64,000 nt of DNA from Octopus vulgaris. Taxonomy: Eukaryota. A model generated the notes under the pieces. It had not been told where the DNA came from. It saw only the letters and a list, made by a program, of their open reading frames with translations, and did no database searches. Numbering within the stretch: the stretch's first letter is position 1; each line of letters starts with the position of its first letter. Location: the NCBI GenBank assembly GCA_951406725.2, contig OX597834.1, positions 24,366,001-24,430,000 on the forward strand. The letters are read 5' to 3'. Shown one piece after another: positions 1-12,811 of this stretch. Position numbers and translations under genes: made by a program.

Positions 1-139
1 ATTTCCAGTGACATTCTTGACTTTTCTCTCAACACTGAGGAAGGTGCATCTGTGTTGCGGCGCCGTGTTGGTAATTGGCGGGAAGGAGAACTGGAGATAA
101 TGTTGAAATGTATATACAGCTACCTTCCGTTTTTATATC
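1..139 (+). CDS. SHPRH: SHPRH exon A (gene begins upstream of window)
   Basis: Frame 1 ISSDILDF...RRRVGNWREGELEIMLKCIYSYLPFLY resembles SHPRH 'RGLWAISETERSMKAILSF'; donor GTAAGT at 140, phase 1, joins the next exon in frame. Confidence 0.8.
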
Positions 140-589
140 GTAAGTGGAAGATTTGTATTCTTTTAATCTTGTTGCTTAGCATCATGTTAGGCTTAATCAA
201 GCTGACCTGTGGTTAAAGATGTTCCAGATGTGATCATCCTGTCTTTTTATCGGACATAATGTATCTAGAACTACATTATCCAATGTATCTTTGTTTTTGT
301 TTTTTTATTTTTGTAGGGTGAGATTTGCAGGGGATTTGGCTGCTATTTTTAACAGGTTGGACAGCTGCATTGAAGCTCACCCCCACCTTTTTGGCTCATA
401 TTTTGTTGTTGTTTAGCCTCCAGGTCATACTTGTCTGAGCAAACCTATGATCAAAGATGTTTCTATGATTATTTTGTTTGACCCTTCCTCTACAGCAGAA
501 GGTACTCAAGAAGGCCTGTCCTCCACAGCAAAAGGGTTAAGGCCACTCCTCCTGGTGAAGAAGATTGGCCTGCAAGAGTTGTGTGCTAA

Positions 590-803
590 TGCCATGTAAA
601 GAGCTCCTGTGCTGGTGCCACATTAAAAGCACCTTGCACACACTATAAAGTGGTTGGTGTTAGGAAGGGCATCCAGCTATAGAAACTAAACCAAATCAGA
701 ATGGAACTTGGTGCAGCTCTCCAACTTGTCAGCTCTCATCAAACCATCAAACCCATGCCAGCTTGGAAAATGGATGTTAAAGGATGATGATGATGATGAT
801 GAT
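590..803 (+). mobile_element. RTE LINE 3'-tail fragment ending in (GAT)n
   Basis: Similar to the RTE tail at 26255-26464 (ggttggtgttaggaagggcatccagc...atggatgttaaa(gat)n). Confidence 0.7.
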
Positions 804-1129
804 AACAACAACAGGCTTTGAACAGTATAGTTCCCATCTACTGTAATCATTCACAAGGTATTGGTCAGCCCAGGTCTATTGTAAAAGACATGTGTCCAAG
901 ATGCCATCCTGTACAACTGCATCTGAAATCACTTGATTGCAAGCAAGCAAGCAACCAATCAACCAACCAGCCACTCTTGTTTGAATCACAGTTATGAATA
1001 ATACACTGAATTCTTTGCTTACGCCATAAATTGTATTTTTAAGAATCCATGGTGTGTGAAGATTCCTTTTGCAGTGAGCCAGCACACCATAGCACACTTG
1101 TCTGAAAAACTACTGACTTACAGAGACAT

Positions 1130-1687
1130 GTGACTTCTTATCAAAAAGTATCAGGATTCTTGCTATGGTAACAGAGCTAAAGTATGTAGAGTGAAGCTGC
1201 TTAACGTAAATTGACCTTAAACTCTGTTACACATGCACCCTAAGTTATAATGTTCTTGTTCTCCTCTGTTGTTTGTAGCAGTGCTTAAAAGTGAAGTGTG
1301 TAGAGTGTGGTTGCCTCAAAAAAAAAAAAAATCAAACAAACAAAAAACAAAAAGAAAACAAAACAAAGATCAGGTTTCAGCTGTGCAGGATCGCCTTGAT
1401 TGTATCAAGAAAAAGGAAAACTTTTTGAAAATGGTGATTAAAGGTGAGGAATCATGAGTTTATGGCTGCTATGGTCTCAAAACCAAGGTTTGAAAGGAAC
1501 AAGATTTCAAGATATTGAGGAATTCTAAGAAAATGCAATGAGGCAGCTGCTTGCTATCTCCTAAAAGGAGTTCCAGGAATGCATCCATCAATGGAAACTA
1601 TTTTGAAGGTATTGAGCGCTGAATTGATATGTGCTGTAGTTTTGCTTTTATAACACCAGTCTTGAACTTTTTGGTCAGACCTCTTAA
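1130..1687 (+). mobile_element. degraded, internally deleted mariner element
   Basis: Remnant 'FLKMVIKGEES*VYG' resembles ITGDESWVY; 'RFQDIEE...AMRQLLAI' and 'YFEG' also present; degenerate ends tcaaaaagtatcagg and cttgaactttttggtcagacctctta. Confidence 0.55.
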
Positions 1688-1870
1688 CTAAAATTCTGCA
1701 AACCATTTCTCTCCATTGTTTTTACAAAGCAACTCTTCCATCTCACTTGTGTAATAATACTAATAATATATTGTTGTTTATTAACTTGGTTTTGGTTCAT
1801 CTTTGATACCAGTTGAAAGAAATCCTTACTTTACTCTAAGCTTGACTTTGTTTAATTTCTTTGTCATTAG

Positions 1871-1944
1871 ACAGTAATCCAGACCTAGACCAACAAGCTG
1901 GTCTTCATTTGAAGTTATTTGAAGTTTACCGCAAAGAATTTCCT
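1871..1944 (+). CDS. SHPRH: SHPRH exon B
   Basis: ttgtcattag acceptor, GTAAGT donor; (H)SNPDLDQQAGLHLKLFEVYRKEFP resembles SHPRH 'EGSTSMDLFEAWKKEYK'; phases fit. Confidence 0.85.
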
Positions 1945-2037
1945 GTAAGTATTTTTCTGTAAGGTGAAAGTTTGAAATTTTAAAAAAGTTAGTAAAATAT
2001 ATAAAAAAGAAATCTGTCAATAGGAACAGGAATTAAT

Positions 2038-2225
2038 ACACGTAAAAAGCACCCACTACACTCACGGAGTGGTTGGCGTTAGGAAGGGCATCCAGCCGTA
2101 GAAACACTGCCAGATCTGACTGGGCCTGACGAAGCCTTCCAGCTTCACAGACTCCAGTTGAACCATCCAACCCATGCTAGCATGGAAAGCGGACGCTAAA
2201 TGATGATGATGATGATGATGATGAT
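2038..2225 (+). mobile_element. well-preserved RTE 3'-tail fragment with (GAT)n
   Basis: Closely similar to 26279-26464. Confidence 0.8.
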
Positions 2226-2643
2226 ATTGTTGTTTATTGATACCAATATATAATGTGTTTACAAGTCATTTTGCTTGATTAAACAATCCATAGAGATGTT
2301 TCTTTATATGCTACAAAAATGCACCTACATTGCAACTACTATACTCCAACCATAAGATGAACCAAAAAATATATATAAGGCTTAGAAAAACCATAAATAA
2401 GCTTCACATTCTGATGCAGGCTACTGAGTCAAAACTTTGAGATCACTGTGTTAGAAATTAATAATTATTAAAAATAATAATAATGATAAAAACTGGTAAC
2501 TTCTAAGGTTCTCAGTGATAACTCCAGTATCCTTAGGTGCTCCACTATCCTAAAATAAAGAGACTTCAGTTGTTATAGTCACTTCATCCTTAACCCTTTT
2601 GTTTTCTTATTTTAATATCTGAAATGTTTTGTGTTTTTTACAG

Positions 2644-2784
2644 TTGATGAGTAAATTGGTATTTTGGCTGCGAGATCAAGTACGGGTATATGATGAATTA
2701 AATATGTGTATCACAAGGATGAGACTACCATACCTGGGAGAGAAAGCAACCAATTATTCCATTAATGTGGTTTATCAATACGAA
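2644..2784 (+). CDS. SHPRH: SHPRH exon C
   Basis: ttttttacag / GTGAGC; LMSKLVFWLRDQVRVYDELNMCITRMRL... resembles 'LLHEYWMALRNRVSAVDELAMATERLR'. Confidence 0.9.
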
Positions 2785-2989
2785 GTGAGCCTCTTCTAGT
2801 TTCATATGCACTAATAATTAACAGTTATTAATTTATTGAACAAGTTTTAATATTTTCTTTAATATACAATTACTTTGTTGATCCTACTGTTTAAGCCTCA
2901 GTTGGTCCTGATCCAGTAGACTTATCATCGAGGGGGTTTCCATCTGTGACCTCACCATCATTTTCTGAGATTTAGCTTGTTTAATACTA

Positions 2990-3150
2990 GGTGCAGATGT
3001 AGTTGTGTGATTAAGAAGCTTGCTTCCCAACCACATGGTTTCAGGTTCAGTTCCACTGCATGCCATGCTGGGTAAGTATCTTGTGAGTGGATTTGGTGGT
3101 AGATGGAAATTGAAAGAAGCTTGTTGTGTGTATGTGTGTGTGCATATATA
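2990..3150 (+). mobile_element. tRNA-derived SINE family A, degenerate 5' part
   Basis: Similar to 19444-19610. Confidence 0.6.
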
Positions 3151-3766
3151 TATATATCATCATCATCATCATATATATATATATTTATATATACATATAC
3201 ATACTTTATTAAAGCTGTAAATCAAAACTGTCCAATGAATGGGAACATGAAACTCTGAGTAGCAGTTTTTTGTGATATTTTTGTAGCTTTAATAATAAAA
3301 CAACATATTACTCTACTTCCAGTATTTGAGCACTATTTTTTCCAACCTTGTTTCACATTTATGTGCTTATTCTGGTATATATGTATACACACACACACAC
3401 ACATACATATATATATGTATATATATATATATATCATCATCATCATCGATGATGATGATGATGATATAGTTAATCATATATGTCCTTTGAAAACAAGGCA
3501 TACTGGATTTCAGATAAGTGCTCTTGGCATGAGAAATGTCTAAAACCTTAAAAAGATATTTAGAGATTCAATGAGGGCGATTATATGCCAGTAAAGGTAG
3601 GAAAAGTTATATCTTAAAAGCACAATAGAGATAAGTACATAATATAAACAAATATAAACAATATTGTATTAGTAAATAAATAAAGTACAGTTGTGATCAT
3701 AAAAATTTTTCTTAAGATAGTCTGATGTCTTTCAACTTATTTCATTTATTTTCCTTCTTTTCGCAG

Positions 3767-3868
3767 TTGAAAGAAAGAGAAACAAGGCTGAGGTATGAAA
3801 AGATATCAGCCGACAATGATTTAAAGAAGAGACTTGGACAACTGTTTTACTTGCAAAATTTAGCCAAG
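3767..3868 (+). CDS. SHPRH: SHPRH exon D
   Basis: ttttcgcag / GTGTGT; ...DLKKRLGQLFYLQNLAK matches 'QLQKKLGQLLYLTNLEK'. Confidence 0.92.
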
Positions 3869-4370
3869 GTGTGTGTTTTACACTTCATTTTTACATCATG
3901 TAGACAGGACGTTTATTTTTGTATTGTGTTTTGTAGAGCAGAACAACTGGTCTGTGAAGAGATTTGAAGATTTTTTTTGTTCTTTGCTTCTTTTATTTAC
4001 TAGGCCTGGAAGAAAGGGCTATGCCATTGGTCTTTTCAGACTCTCCATGATTGGAAAAATTGATGCTGTTAACCCTTTAGCATTTAAAACCAGCCATATT
4101 AGGCCCTAATAATAATAAGAATAATAATAACAATAACAATAACAACAACAACCGCCACCGCCACCACCACCTTTTTAATGATATGGCTTTTGTCAAGAAA
4201 GAATTCCACCAAGGGTCACTAAATTAAAGTAGCAGTCAAATACTGTGGTTGATCAATTGATTAAGAAGCCTCTTTGCCCATATTTCTGGTCTTGTGCTTC
4301 TGATAGGAACAATTATTTTATTTTATTATTAATGTTTAATTAATTCTTTGTTAACGATTGTTTATTTCAG

Positions 4371-4439
4371 GATGCTAATCCATCTGAAGATTCTCCTCCA
4401 ACTCAATGTTTGATTTGTCTGGAGGTCCTGAAAGATAAG
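4371..4439 (+). CDS. SHPRH: SHPRH exon E (first half of RING finger)
   Basis: tttatttcag / GTAAGG; DANPSEDSPPTQCLICLEVLKDK supplies the first CxxC of the C3HC4 RING. Confidence 0.9.
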
Positions 4440-4769
4440 GTAAGGACAAATAACAAAATTGTCTGAGTGTTGCCATTTATGTAAATCTGTTTACCATTTC
4501 TCATTATCTCATCATCGGCATCATCAACAGCAGCATTTTATATCTGCTTTTGCATGTTGATATGGGTTTGATAATTTTTATGAGCCAGTTTTTCATGGTC
4601 ACATCTCCTTCCTGCGCCTATCTTCCTACATGAGTCAGTAACCTCTTACAGCATGGACAGACATAATTTACCTATTCTAAAATCAGGATATATGTTGTAA
4701 ACATGATATCTGAAACCATATTTGATACTGTCTTTTAAGATCCCTATTATTCATAATTTTATAAACACT

Positions 4770-5596
4770 CAGTACACTCTGTATAGGGGTTGGCATTATG
4801 AAAGACATCCAGCCATAGAAACCATTCCAAAACAGACAATTGGAGCCTGGATAGTTTTCCAGTCAGCCAATTCCTGTCAAAAAATTATCCAACCCATGCC
4901 TTGGAGAATGGACATCAAAAGATGAGGATTTTTGTATCTGACACCATTTTACAATATTTGATAACTTGTAATGAATTTGAAACCATTTTTGTTAATGAGA
5001 TTCATTATTATCATCATTATCATCTTTTAATGTCCATGTTCCATGCAAGAATGGGTTGGACAGTTTGATAGGATCTGATAAATTCAAGGACTGCATCTTG
5101 CTGCAGTGTCTGTTTTGGCATGGTTTCTATAGCTTGATGCCCTTTGCCAACCAGTCCACAGTCTATACTGGGGGCCTTTTGCATACCGCCAAAAGCAGTG
5201 AGGTTGCTATGTAGCTGGCAATACATCAAACCCAGAGGGGCACCTTTACAAAGGAGATGGTAGATTAAAGTATGAGAGCAGGGTCTGAGCAGGTTTCTTT
5301 CTGTAGAGGAACTACCTGACTATTCTCTCTCCCCACCCTCTCCATATATTTGTATGTGTTTTTCTCTTTGTCTTGACAAGTTGTAAACAAATATTGCCAT
5401 CATGCAAGCAATGGCCTTTGTTTCCAATCTTCTGTGAAAACATGCTCAGCCTTGGGGAATTGATCATCTTGCATTAAAACAGGTCAGGTTTGGGGAGAGA
5501 AAGAGCATCCGGCTGAAGAAAATGTACCCCAATGAATCCTGTCTGACCCATGCAGGTATGGAAAAGAGGATATTAAATGATGATGGTGATGATGAT
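4770..5596. mobile_element. cluster of degenerate RTE/SINE 3' tails (4770-4927 +, 5005-5190 -, ~5360-5596 +)
   Basis: Each shows the gcatccagc...acccatgc...atgga...(gat)n tail motif. Confidence 0.55.
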
Positions 5597-5617
5597 TTTT
5601 TTCCCTTCTTTTTCCAG

Positions 5618-5797
5618 TGGGCTGTTTTGATTTGTGGCCATTTCTACTGCATTTCCTGTATCTATATCATCATTAAACGGTCTCAAGGCTACTTGAAATG
5701 TCCAACATGTCGTCAAAGCACACACTTTGACGATATCAATTATGTATCGATGGAGAAATCTGGAGTGTTGGATGATGATGATGGTGTCTCGATGAAG
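5618..5797 (+). CDS. SHPRH: SHPRH exon F (rest of RING finger)
   Basis: tttttccag / GTATTC; WAVLICGHFYCISC...KCPTCRQ matches 'WAVLTCGHCFCNEC...KCAICRQ'. Confidence 0.95.
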
Positions 5798-5821
5798 GTA
5801 TTCATTTTATAGTTATAATAA

Positions 5822-6260
5822 TCCTTTCTACCAGAGAGTTTGTGGGAGGGAGTAAGTTGATTACATTGATCCCCAGTGCTCAACTGGTACTTATTTTATT
5901 GATCCTGAAAGGAGGAAAGGCAAAGTCAACCAAGGTGGCATTTGAACTCAAAACATTGAAGTTGGATAAAATACCATTAAGCATTTTGCCTGGTGTGCTT
6001 ATGGTTATGCCACCTCGCCACCTAAATAATAATAACAATAAAAATAATCCTTTCTACTAAAGGCACAAGGCCTGAAATTTGGGGGTAGAGGACTAGTCGA
6101 TTACATTAACCCAGTGTTGCAGTGGTACTTAATTTATCAACCCTGAAAGGATGAAACAAAATTGATCTCAGTGGAATTTGAACTCAGAACGTAGCGGCAG
6201 ACAAAATACCACTAAGCATTTCGCCCAGTATGCGGATGATTCTGCCAGCTCGCTGCCTTA
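5822..6260 (-). mobile_element. two tandem SINE family B copies
   Basis: Reverse complement of ggcgagctggcagaa...cctttcatcctttc...gataaa...gtacc. Confidence 0.7.
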
Positions 6261-6378
6261 ATAATAATAATAGCAGCAGTAATAATAATAATCAGTAGTA
6301 CTTCTAATTCTACATGTTTAAATTTCTTATTTTAAGCAAATCACTTAATGATCATTTGTAATTTTGAAATCAGTACTA

Positions 6379-7541
6379 TTAGGTTGTCAAGAAAGTTCTT
6401 GTGGTTTTTATCCGTTAAATTCAGATGCACATATCTCGGCTGAAACAAAACTTTATTAATTGAAATAAACACCATCAGAATCAACAAACTTTTGCCAACA
6501 CAAAGCAAGTTTATTTATGCCAGTAGCGTAAAAATCCTGCGTTCTGGTGGCAATGAAGTTGTTAAAGGCATGTTTGGCATTGTCTTGGTTTTTGAAGCAT
6601 TTCTCATGCAGGAAGTTGTCAAGATGCTTGAAAAAGTGGTAGTTGGTAGGCGAGAGGTCTGGTGAGTATGGCGGATGAGGCAGAGTTTCATAGCCCAATT
6701 CATTCAACTTCTGCAAGGTCAGTGGAGAAGAATTGGTCCTTTTCTATTGACCAATGCTGGCTGTTGGAGTTTCTTATGCATTTCATCCATTTGCTGACAG
6801 TACTTCTCTGCCATAATGGTTTTGCCTGGATCCAAAACTTTGGCTTCGGGAAGTGCTGTGGAGCTTCATTGGCATCCAACTACTGAGCTGAGTGTCGCCG
6901 GTTGTCGTAAAGAATCCACTTTTCATCGCAAATCACAATCTGGTTGAGAAATGGGTTGTTGCATAAAAGAAGGGAAGATGTCACTTCAAAATGCGTTTTT
7001 TGGGGGTTGTCATTCAATTCATGTGGCACCCATTTCTCAAGTAGTTTTGTTTTTCCAATCTCTTTCAAGTGGTTGGAAATTGTTGTATACAATACATCTA
7101 ATTCAGAAGCAAGCTCTCAAACAGTTGTGTGTGGATTGGCTTCCACTAAGGCTCATAGTTGATCGTTGTCAACATCCGATGGTTGACCACTAAGCTTATC
7201 ATCTTCAAGATTCTTGTCACCACTACGAAAGTTCTTGAACCACCATTGTGCTGTACGTTCATTAGTGGTTCCTGGGCCAAATGCATTGTTGATGTCACTT
7301 TTTGGCCTAGCTTGAATTGGAATAAGAAAATTGTGCAAATTTGCTTTTTGTCCATTTTGTATTCAACGTTCCAGAAAAAATGGCCTAATTATTCAAAAAG
7401 AAAAAGAGTAACACGATTAGATAAGAGCGAAAAATGGGCTTTAAAATGATATATAAAGTCAAAGTAATTTAATGAAAATTTGAAAACAGCATAATTTATA
7501 ACCAAAATAAAAATTCTGCAAGAACTTTCTTGACAACCTAA
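6379..7541 (-). mobile_element. mariner DNA transposon, Hsmar1-like (cecropia type), decayed transposase
   Basis: Perfect 23-bp TIRs TTAGGTTGTCAAGAAAGTTCTTG with flanking TA duplication; fragments MDKKQICTIFLFQFKLG, INNAFGPGTTNERTAQWWFKNF, WVPHEL, CDEKWILYDN, HPPYSPDLSPTNYHFF; frameshifts present. Confidence 0.95.
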
Positions 7542-7816
7542 TATAACTGGGAATACATACATAGACTTGGGAACACACACACACAGAGTCAATCAGTGTG
7601 TTTGTGTGTGTATATACGTATGATATGCATATGTGTATGTAGTATATATATATAGTAAAAAAAGAAATTATATTATATAGTTTCTTTTTTTTAATCTATA
7701 ATTGATCCTTTCATCCAATTGTCTGTCTATCTCTCTCTTTCTATCTCATATATATATATGTATGTGTATATATAAGTATGTAAATATATATCTATATATA
7801 TATCTATTTCTTTCAG

Positions 7817-7909
7817 GGTAGTTACTCAACCAAAGTGACTGCTATTGTGCATTGTCTTTTAAAGATTCGACAAAAGGATCCATTTGCTAAATCCCTTGTG
7901 TTTTCTACA
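7817..7909 (+). CDS. SHPRH: SHPRH exon G (start of helicase C-terminal domain)
   Basis: tctttcag / GTAAGA; GSYSTKVTAIVHCLLKIRQKDPFAKSLVFST matches 'GSHSTKVEAVVRTLMKIQLRDPGAKALVFST'. Confidence 0.95.
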
Positions 7910-7952
7910 GTAAGATATTTAAAATATATTGTGTGTTTGTATATATATGTGT

Positions 7953-8162
7953 GTGTGACCTCGTGTGTACCGTTGGTGATTTTTTTCCTCTGTCTTCCCT
8001 TCTCGGGATCTTTCCTTCTCCTATGTTTCCAACGAAGAGCACCGCTCGAAACGTTAAACCCTCCTTCTTCCCTTCTTTCCTGAGCGTCCAATAATACTAT
8101 ATTTGTTCCATGTCCTCGCGTTGTTGTGTTTTTTTGTGTTTTCTTGTTTGGATTAACTATAT
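7953..8162 (+). mobile_element. Penelope-like terminal repeat fragment with mutated hammerhead (8025-8059)
   Basis: Homologous (reverse complement) to 33486-33692; gttt-CCAACGA-a-gagc acc gctc-GAAA-cgtt-aaac. Confidence 0.65.
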
Positions 8163-8420
8163 CATCATCATCATCATCATCATCATCGTTTAACGTCCGT
8201 TTTCCGCGCTAGCACGGGTTGGACGGTTCGACCGGGGTCTGGGAAGCCAGGGGCCGCTCCAGGCTCCAGTCTGATTCTGGCAGAGTTTCTACGGCTGGAT
8301 GCCCTTCCTAACGCCAACCACTCCGTGAGTGGATTGGGTGCTTTTTACGTGCCACCTGCACAGGGGCCGGGGGGTCCGGCATCGGTCACGATCGGTTCGA
8401 GCTTTTAACGTGCCAGGGAC
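8163..8420 (-). mobile_element. RTE-type 3' tail with (GAT)n, antisense to SHPRH
   Basis: (CAT)n followed by the reverse complement of the RTE tail seen at 2038-2225 and 26255-26464. Confidence 0.85.
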
Positions 8421-8924
8421 ACGGGGGCAACGGGATGCGGGGTAGAGTTGAGTTGGGGGGGGGGGTCCAGCTGAGAAAGGTTTCACCAGTGAAAAGAGAG
8501 GGAGAGATAGTAAAGGGGTGCAGGTAATATAGGGGAGCACCAGTGGGGAAGGAGGAACGATGGCAGGAAGGGTTGGTGAAGGTTCGTAAGAAATATAAAC
8601 GTAGGATGTGTATATATATATATGGGTAGGTGTGGGGAAGGTTGGGTGGGTAAGGAGGAACGATGGCAGGAAGGGTTGGTGCAGGTTCGTAAGAAATAAA
8701 AACGTAGGATATTACGAGGCATGGAGGGGACTGGAAGGAGATAGTAGGATTGAGGCAGTGTCAGATTCAAAACAGGAGGAAGCGTAAGATCAGAGGGCGG
8801 TTGATGAGCTGAGACGCTAGCAGCTTGTCTTTTCTCAGTGAAAGCATATGAGGAGAGGGGTAGGAAGGGGTGGTGGGGGAGGAGGAGGGAGTATCCGGTG
8901 TAGATGGTGAGAACAGTGTTCACC

Positions 8925-9258
8925 GGTATTGGTGGTATTGGCGGTGGGGGGGTGGTATTGGTGGTGGGGGTGGTATTGGTGGTGGTGGGGGTGGTATTGG
9001 TGGTGGTGGTATTGGTGGTGGGGGTGGTATTGGTGGTGGGGGTGGTGGTGGTGGTGGTGGTGGTGGTGGTGGGGGTGGGTGGGGGTGGTATTGGTGGTAT
9101 TGGTGGTGGGGGTGGGGGTGGTATTGGTGGTGGGGGTGGTATTGGTGGTGGGGGTGGTATTGGTGGTGGGGGTGGTATTGGTGGTGGGGGTGGTATTGGT
9201 GGTGGGGGTGGTATTGGTGGTGGGGGTGGTATTGGTGGTGGGGGTGGGAGGGCGGGCG
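8925..9258. repeat. G-rich minisatellite, mainly 18-bp GGTGGTATTGGTGGTGGG
   Basis: Directly visible; source of the poly-Pro/Gly/Trp ORFs. Confidence 0.95.
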
Positions 9259-9715
9259 CACCGCGCAATGGGAGAAGATGAGATTTTTAGGCGGCAGAAA
9301 GAAAGACAGGATTTGAGATGGAATGCTTTGCGATCGTGTGCATAAGTTTCTATGAGTGGAAGTTGGGAAAAGATGGGTTAGAGAATTTAGCGACAGAAAG
9401 AAAGACCAAATTTGAGACGAGATGTTTTTGCGAAGTTTTTGTAAATGAAAGTTTATATGCTTCAGCTAGCATTTGAGACGAAAGACAACGATAACGCCAA
9501 TATATGGGGAAACAATAATAATAAGAAGGCTTGATGGTGATGATGATACTTGCAAAAAAACAATGAAAAGAAGGAACAGGACTTAGCTGATATTTTTCAT
9601 CCTGCGTATTGGCTAAGCCTGTGGAAGCGAGTGAAGGCGAGATATATATACAGAGAGAGAGAGAGACAGTGATAACAGAGGGAGAAACCGACACCACATA
9701 GCGAGAGAGAGAGAG

Positions 9716-9750
<35 letters not shown>

Positions 9751-10214
9751 GTGATAACAGAGGGACAAAACGACACCGCGCAATGGGAGAAGATGAGATT
9801 TTTAGGCGGCAGAAAGAAAGACAGGATTTGAGATGGAATGCTTTGCGATCGTGTGCATAAGTTTCTATGAGTGGAAGTTGGGAAAAGATGGGTTAGAGAA
9901 TTTAGCGACAGAAAGAAAGACCAAATTTGAGACGAGATGTTTTTGCGAAGTTTTTGTAAATGAAAGTTTATATGCTTCAGCTAGCATTTGAGACGAAAGA
10001 CAACGATAACGCCAATATATGGGGAAACAATAATAATAAGAAGGCTTGATGGTGATGATGATACTTGCAAAAAAACAATGAAAAGAAGGAACAGGACTTA
10101 GCTGATATTTTTCATCCTGCGTATTGGCTAAGCCTGTGGAAGCGAGTGAAGGCGAGATATATATACAGAGAGAGAGAGAGACAGTGATAACAGAGGGAGA
10201 AACCGACACCACAT

Positions 10215-10251
<37 letters not shown>

Positions 10252-10715
10252 GTGATAACAGAGGGACAAAACGACACCGCGCAATGGGAGAAGATGAGAT
10301 TTTTAGGCGGCAGAAAGAAAGACAGGATTTGAGATGGAATGCTTTGCGATCGTGTGCATAAGTTTCTATGAGTGGAAGTTGGGAAAAGATGGGTTAGAGA
10401 ATTTAGCGACAGAAAGAAAGACCAAATTTGAGACGAGATGTTTTTGCGAAGTTTTTGTAAATGAAAGTTTATATGCTTCAGCTAGCATTTGAGACGAAAG
10501 ACAACGATAACGCCAATATATGGGGAAACAATAATAATAAGAAGGCTTGATGGTGATGATGATACTTGCAAAAAACAATGAAAAAGAAGGAACAGGACTT
10601 AGCTGATATTTTTCATCCTGCGTATTGGCTAAGCCTGTGGAAGCGAGTGAAGGCGAGATATATATACAGAGAGAGAGAGAGACAGTGATAACAGAGGCAG
10701 AAACCGACACCACAT

Positions 10716-10768
<53 letters not shown>

Positions 10769-11231
10769 GTGATAACAGAGGGACAAAACGACACCGCGCA
10801 ATGGGAGAAGATGAGATTTTTAGGCGGCAGAAAGAAAGACAGGATTTGAGATGGAATGCTTTGCGATCGTGTGCATAAGTTTCTATGAGTGGAAGTTGGG
10901 AAAAGATGGGTTAGAGAATTTAGCGACAGAAAGAAAGACCAAATTTGAGACGAGATGTTTTTGCGAAGTTTTTGTAAATGAAAGTTTATATGCTTCAGCT
11001 AGCATTTGAGACGAAAGACAACGATAACGCCAATATATGGGGAAACAATAATAATAAGAAGGCTTGATGGTGATGATGATACTTGCAAAAAACAATGAAA
11101 AGAAGGAACAGGACTTAGCTGATATTTTTCATCCTGCGTATTGGCTAAGCCTGTGGAAGCGAGTGAAGGCGAGATATATATACAGAGAGAGAGAGAGACA
11201 GTGATAACAGAGGGAGAAACCGACACCACAT

Positions 11232-11268
<37 letters not shown>

Positions 11269-11730
11269 GTGATAACAGAGGGACAAAACGACACCGCGCA
11301 ATGTGAGAAGATGAGATTTTTAGGCGGCAGAAAGAAAGACAGGATTTGAGATGGAATGCTTTGCGATCGTGTGCATAAGTTTCTATGAGTGGAAGTTGGG
11401 AAAAGATGGGTTAGAGAATTTAGCGACAGAAAGAAAGACCAAATTTGAGACGAGATGTTTTTGCGAAGTTTTTGTAAATGAAAGTTTATATGCTTCAGCT
11501 AGCATTTGAGACGAAAGACAACGATAACGCCAATATATGGGGAAACAATAATAATAAGAAGGCTTGATGGTGATGATGATACTTGCAAAAACAATGAAAA
11601 GAAGGAACAGGACTTAGCTGATATTTTTCATCCTGCGTATTGGCTAAGCCTGTGGAAGCGAGTGAAGGCGAGATATATATACAGAGAGAGAGAGAGACAG
11701 TGATAACAGAGGGAGAAACCGACACCACAT

Positions 11731-11783
<53 letters not shown>

Positions 11784-12246
11784 GTGATAACAGAGGGACA
11801 AAACGACACCGCGCAATGGGAGAAGATGAGATTTTTAGGCGGCAGAAAGAAAGACAGGATTTGAGATGGAATGCTTTGCGATCGTGTGCATAAGTTTCTA
11901 TGAGTGGAAGTTGGGAAAAGATGGGTTAGAGAATTTAGCGACAGAAAGAAAGACCAAATTTGAGACGAGATGTTTTTGCGAAGTTTTTGTAAATGAAAGT
12001 TTATATGCTTCAGCTAGCATTTGAGACGAAAGACAACGATAACGCCAATATATGGGGAAACAATAATAATAAGAAGGCTTGATGGTGATGATGATACTTG
12101 CAAAAAACAATGAAAAGAAGGAACAGGACTTAGCTGATATTTTTCATCCTGCGTATTGGCTAAGCCTGTGGAAGCGAGTGAAGGCGAGATATATATACAG
12201 AGAGAGAGAGAGACAGTGATAACAGAGGGAGAAACCGACACCACAT

Positions 12247-12295
<49 letters not shown>

Positions 12296-12774
12296 GTGAT
12301 AACAGAGGGACAAAACGACACCGCGCAATGGGAGAAGATGAGATTTTTAGGCGGCAGAAAGAAAGACAGGATTTGAGATGGAATGCTTTGCGATCGTGTG
12401 CATAAGTTTCTATGAGTGGAAGTTGGGAAAAGATGGGTTAGAGAATTTAGCGACAGAAAGAAAGACCAAATTTGAGACGAGATGTTTTTGCGAAGTTTTT
12501 GTAAATGAAAGTTTATATGCTTCAGCTAGCATTTGAGACGAAAGACAACGATAACGCCAATATATGGGGAAACAATAATAATAAGAAGGCTTGATGGTGA
12601 TGATGATACTTGCAAAAAACAATGAAAAGAAGGAACAGGACTTAGCTGATATTTTTCATCCTGCGTATTGGCTAAGCCTGTGGAAGCGAGTGAAGGCGAG
12701 ATATATATACAGAGAGAGAGAGAGACAGTGATAACAGAGGGAGAAACCGACACCACATAGCGAGAGAGAGAGAG

Positions 12775-12811
<37 letters not shown>

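Noticed and set aside
8483-9345. Pro-, Gly- and Trp-rich ORFs
   Set aside because: Translation of the stop-free G-rich minisatellite
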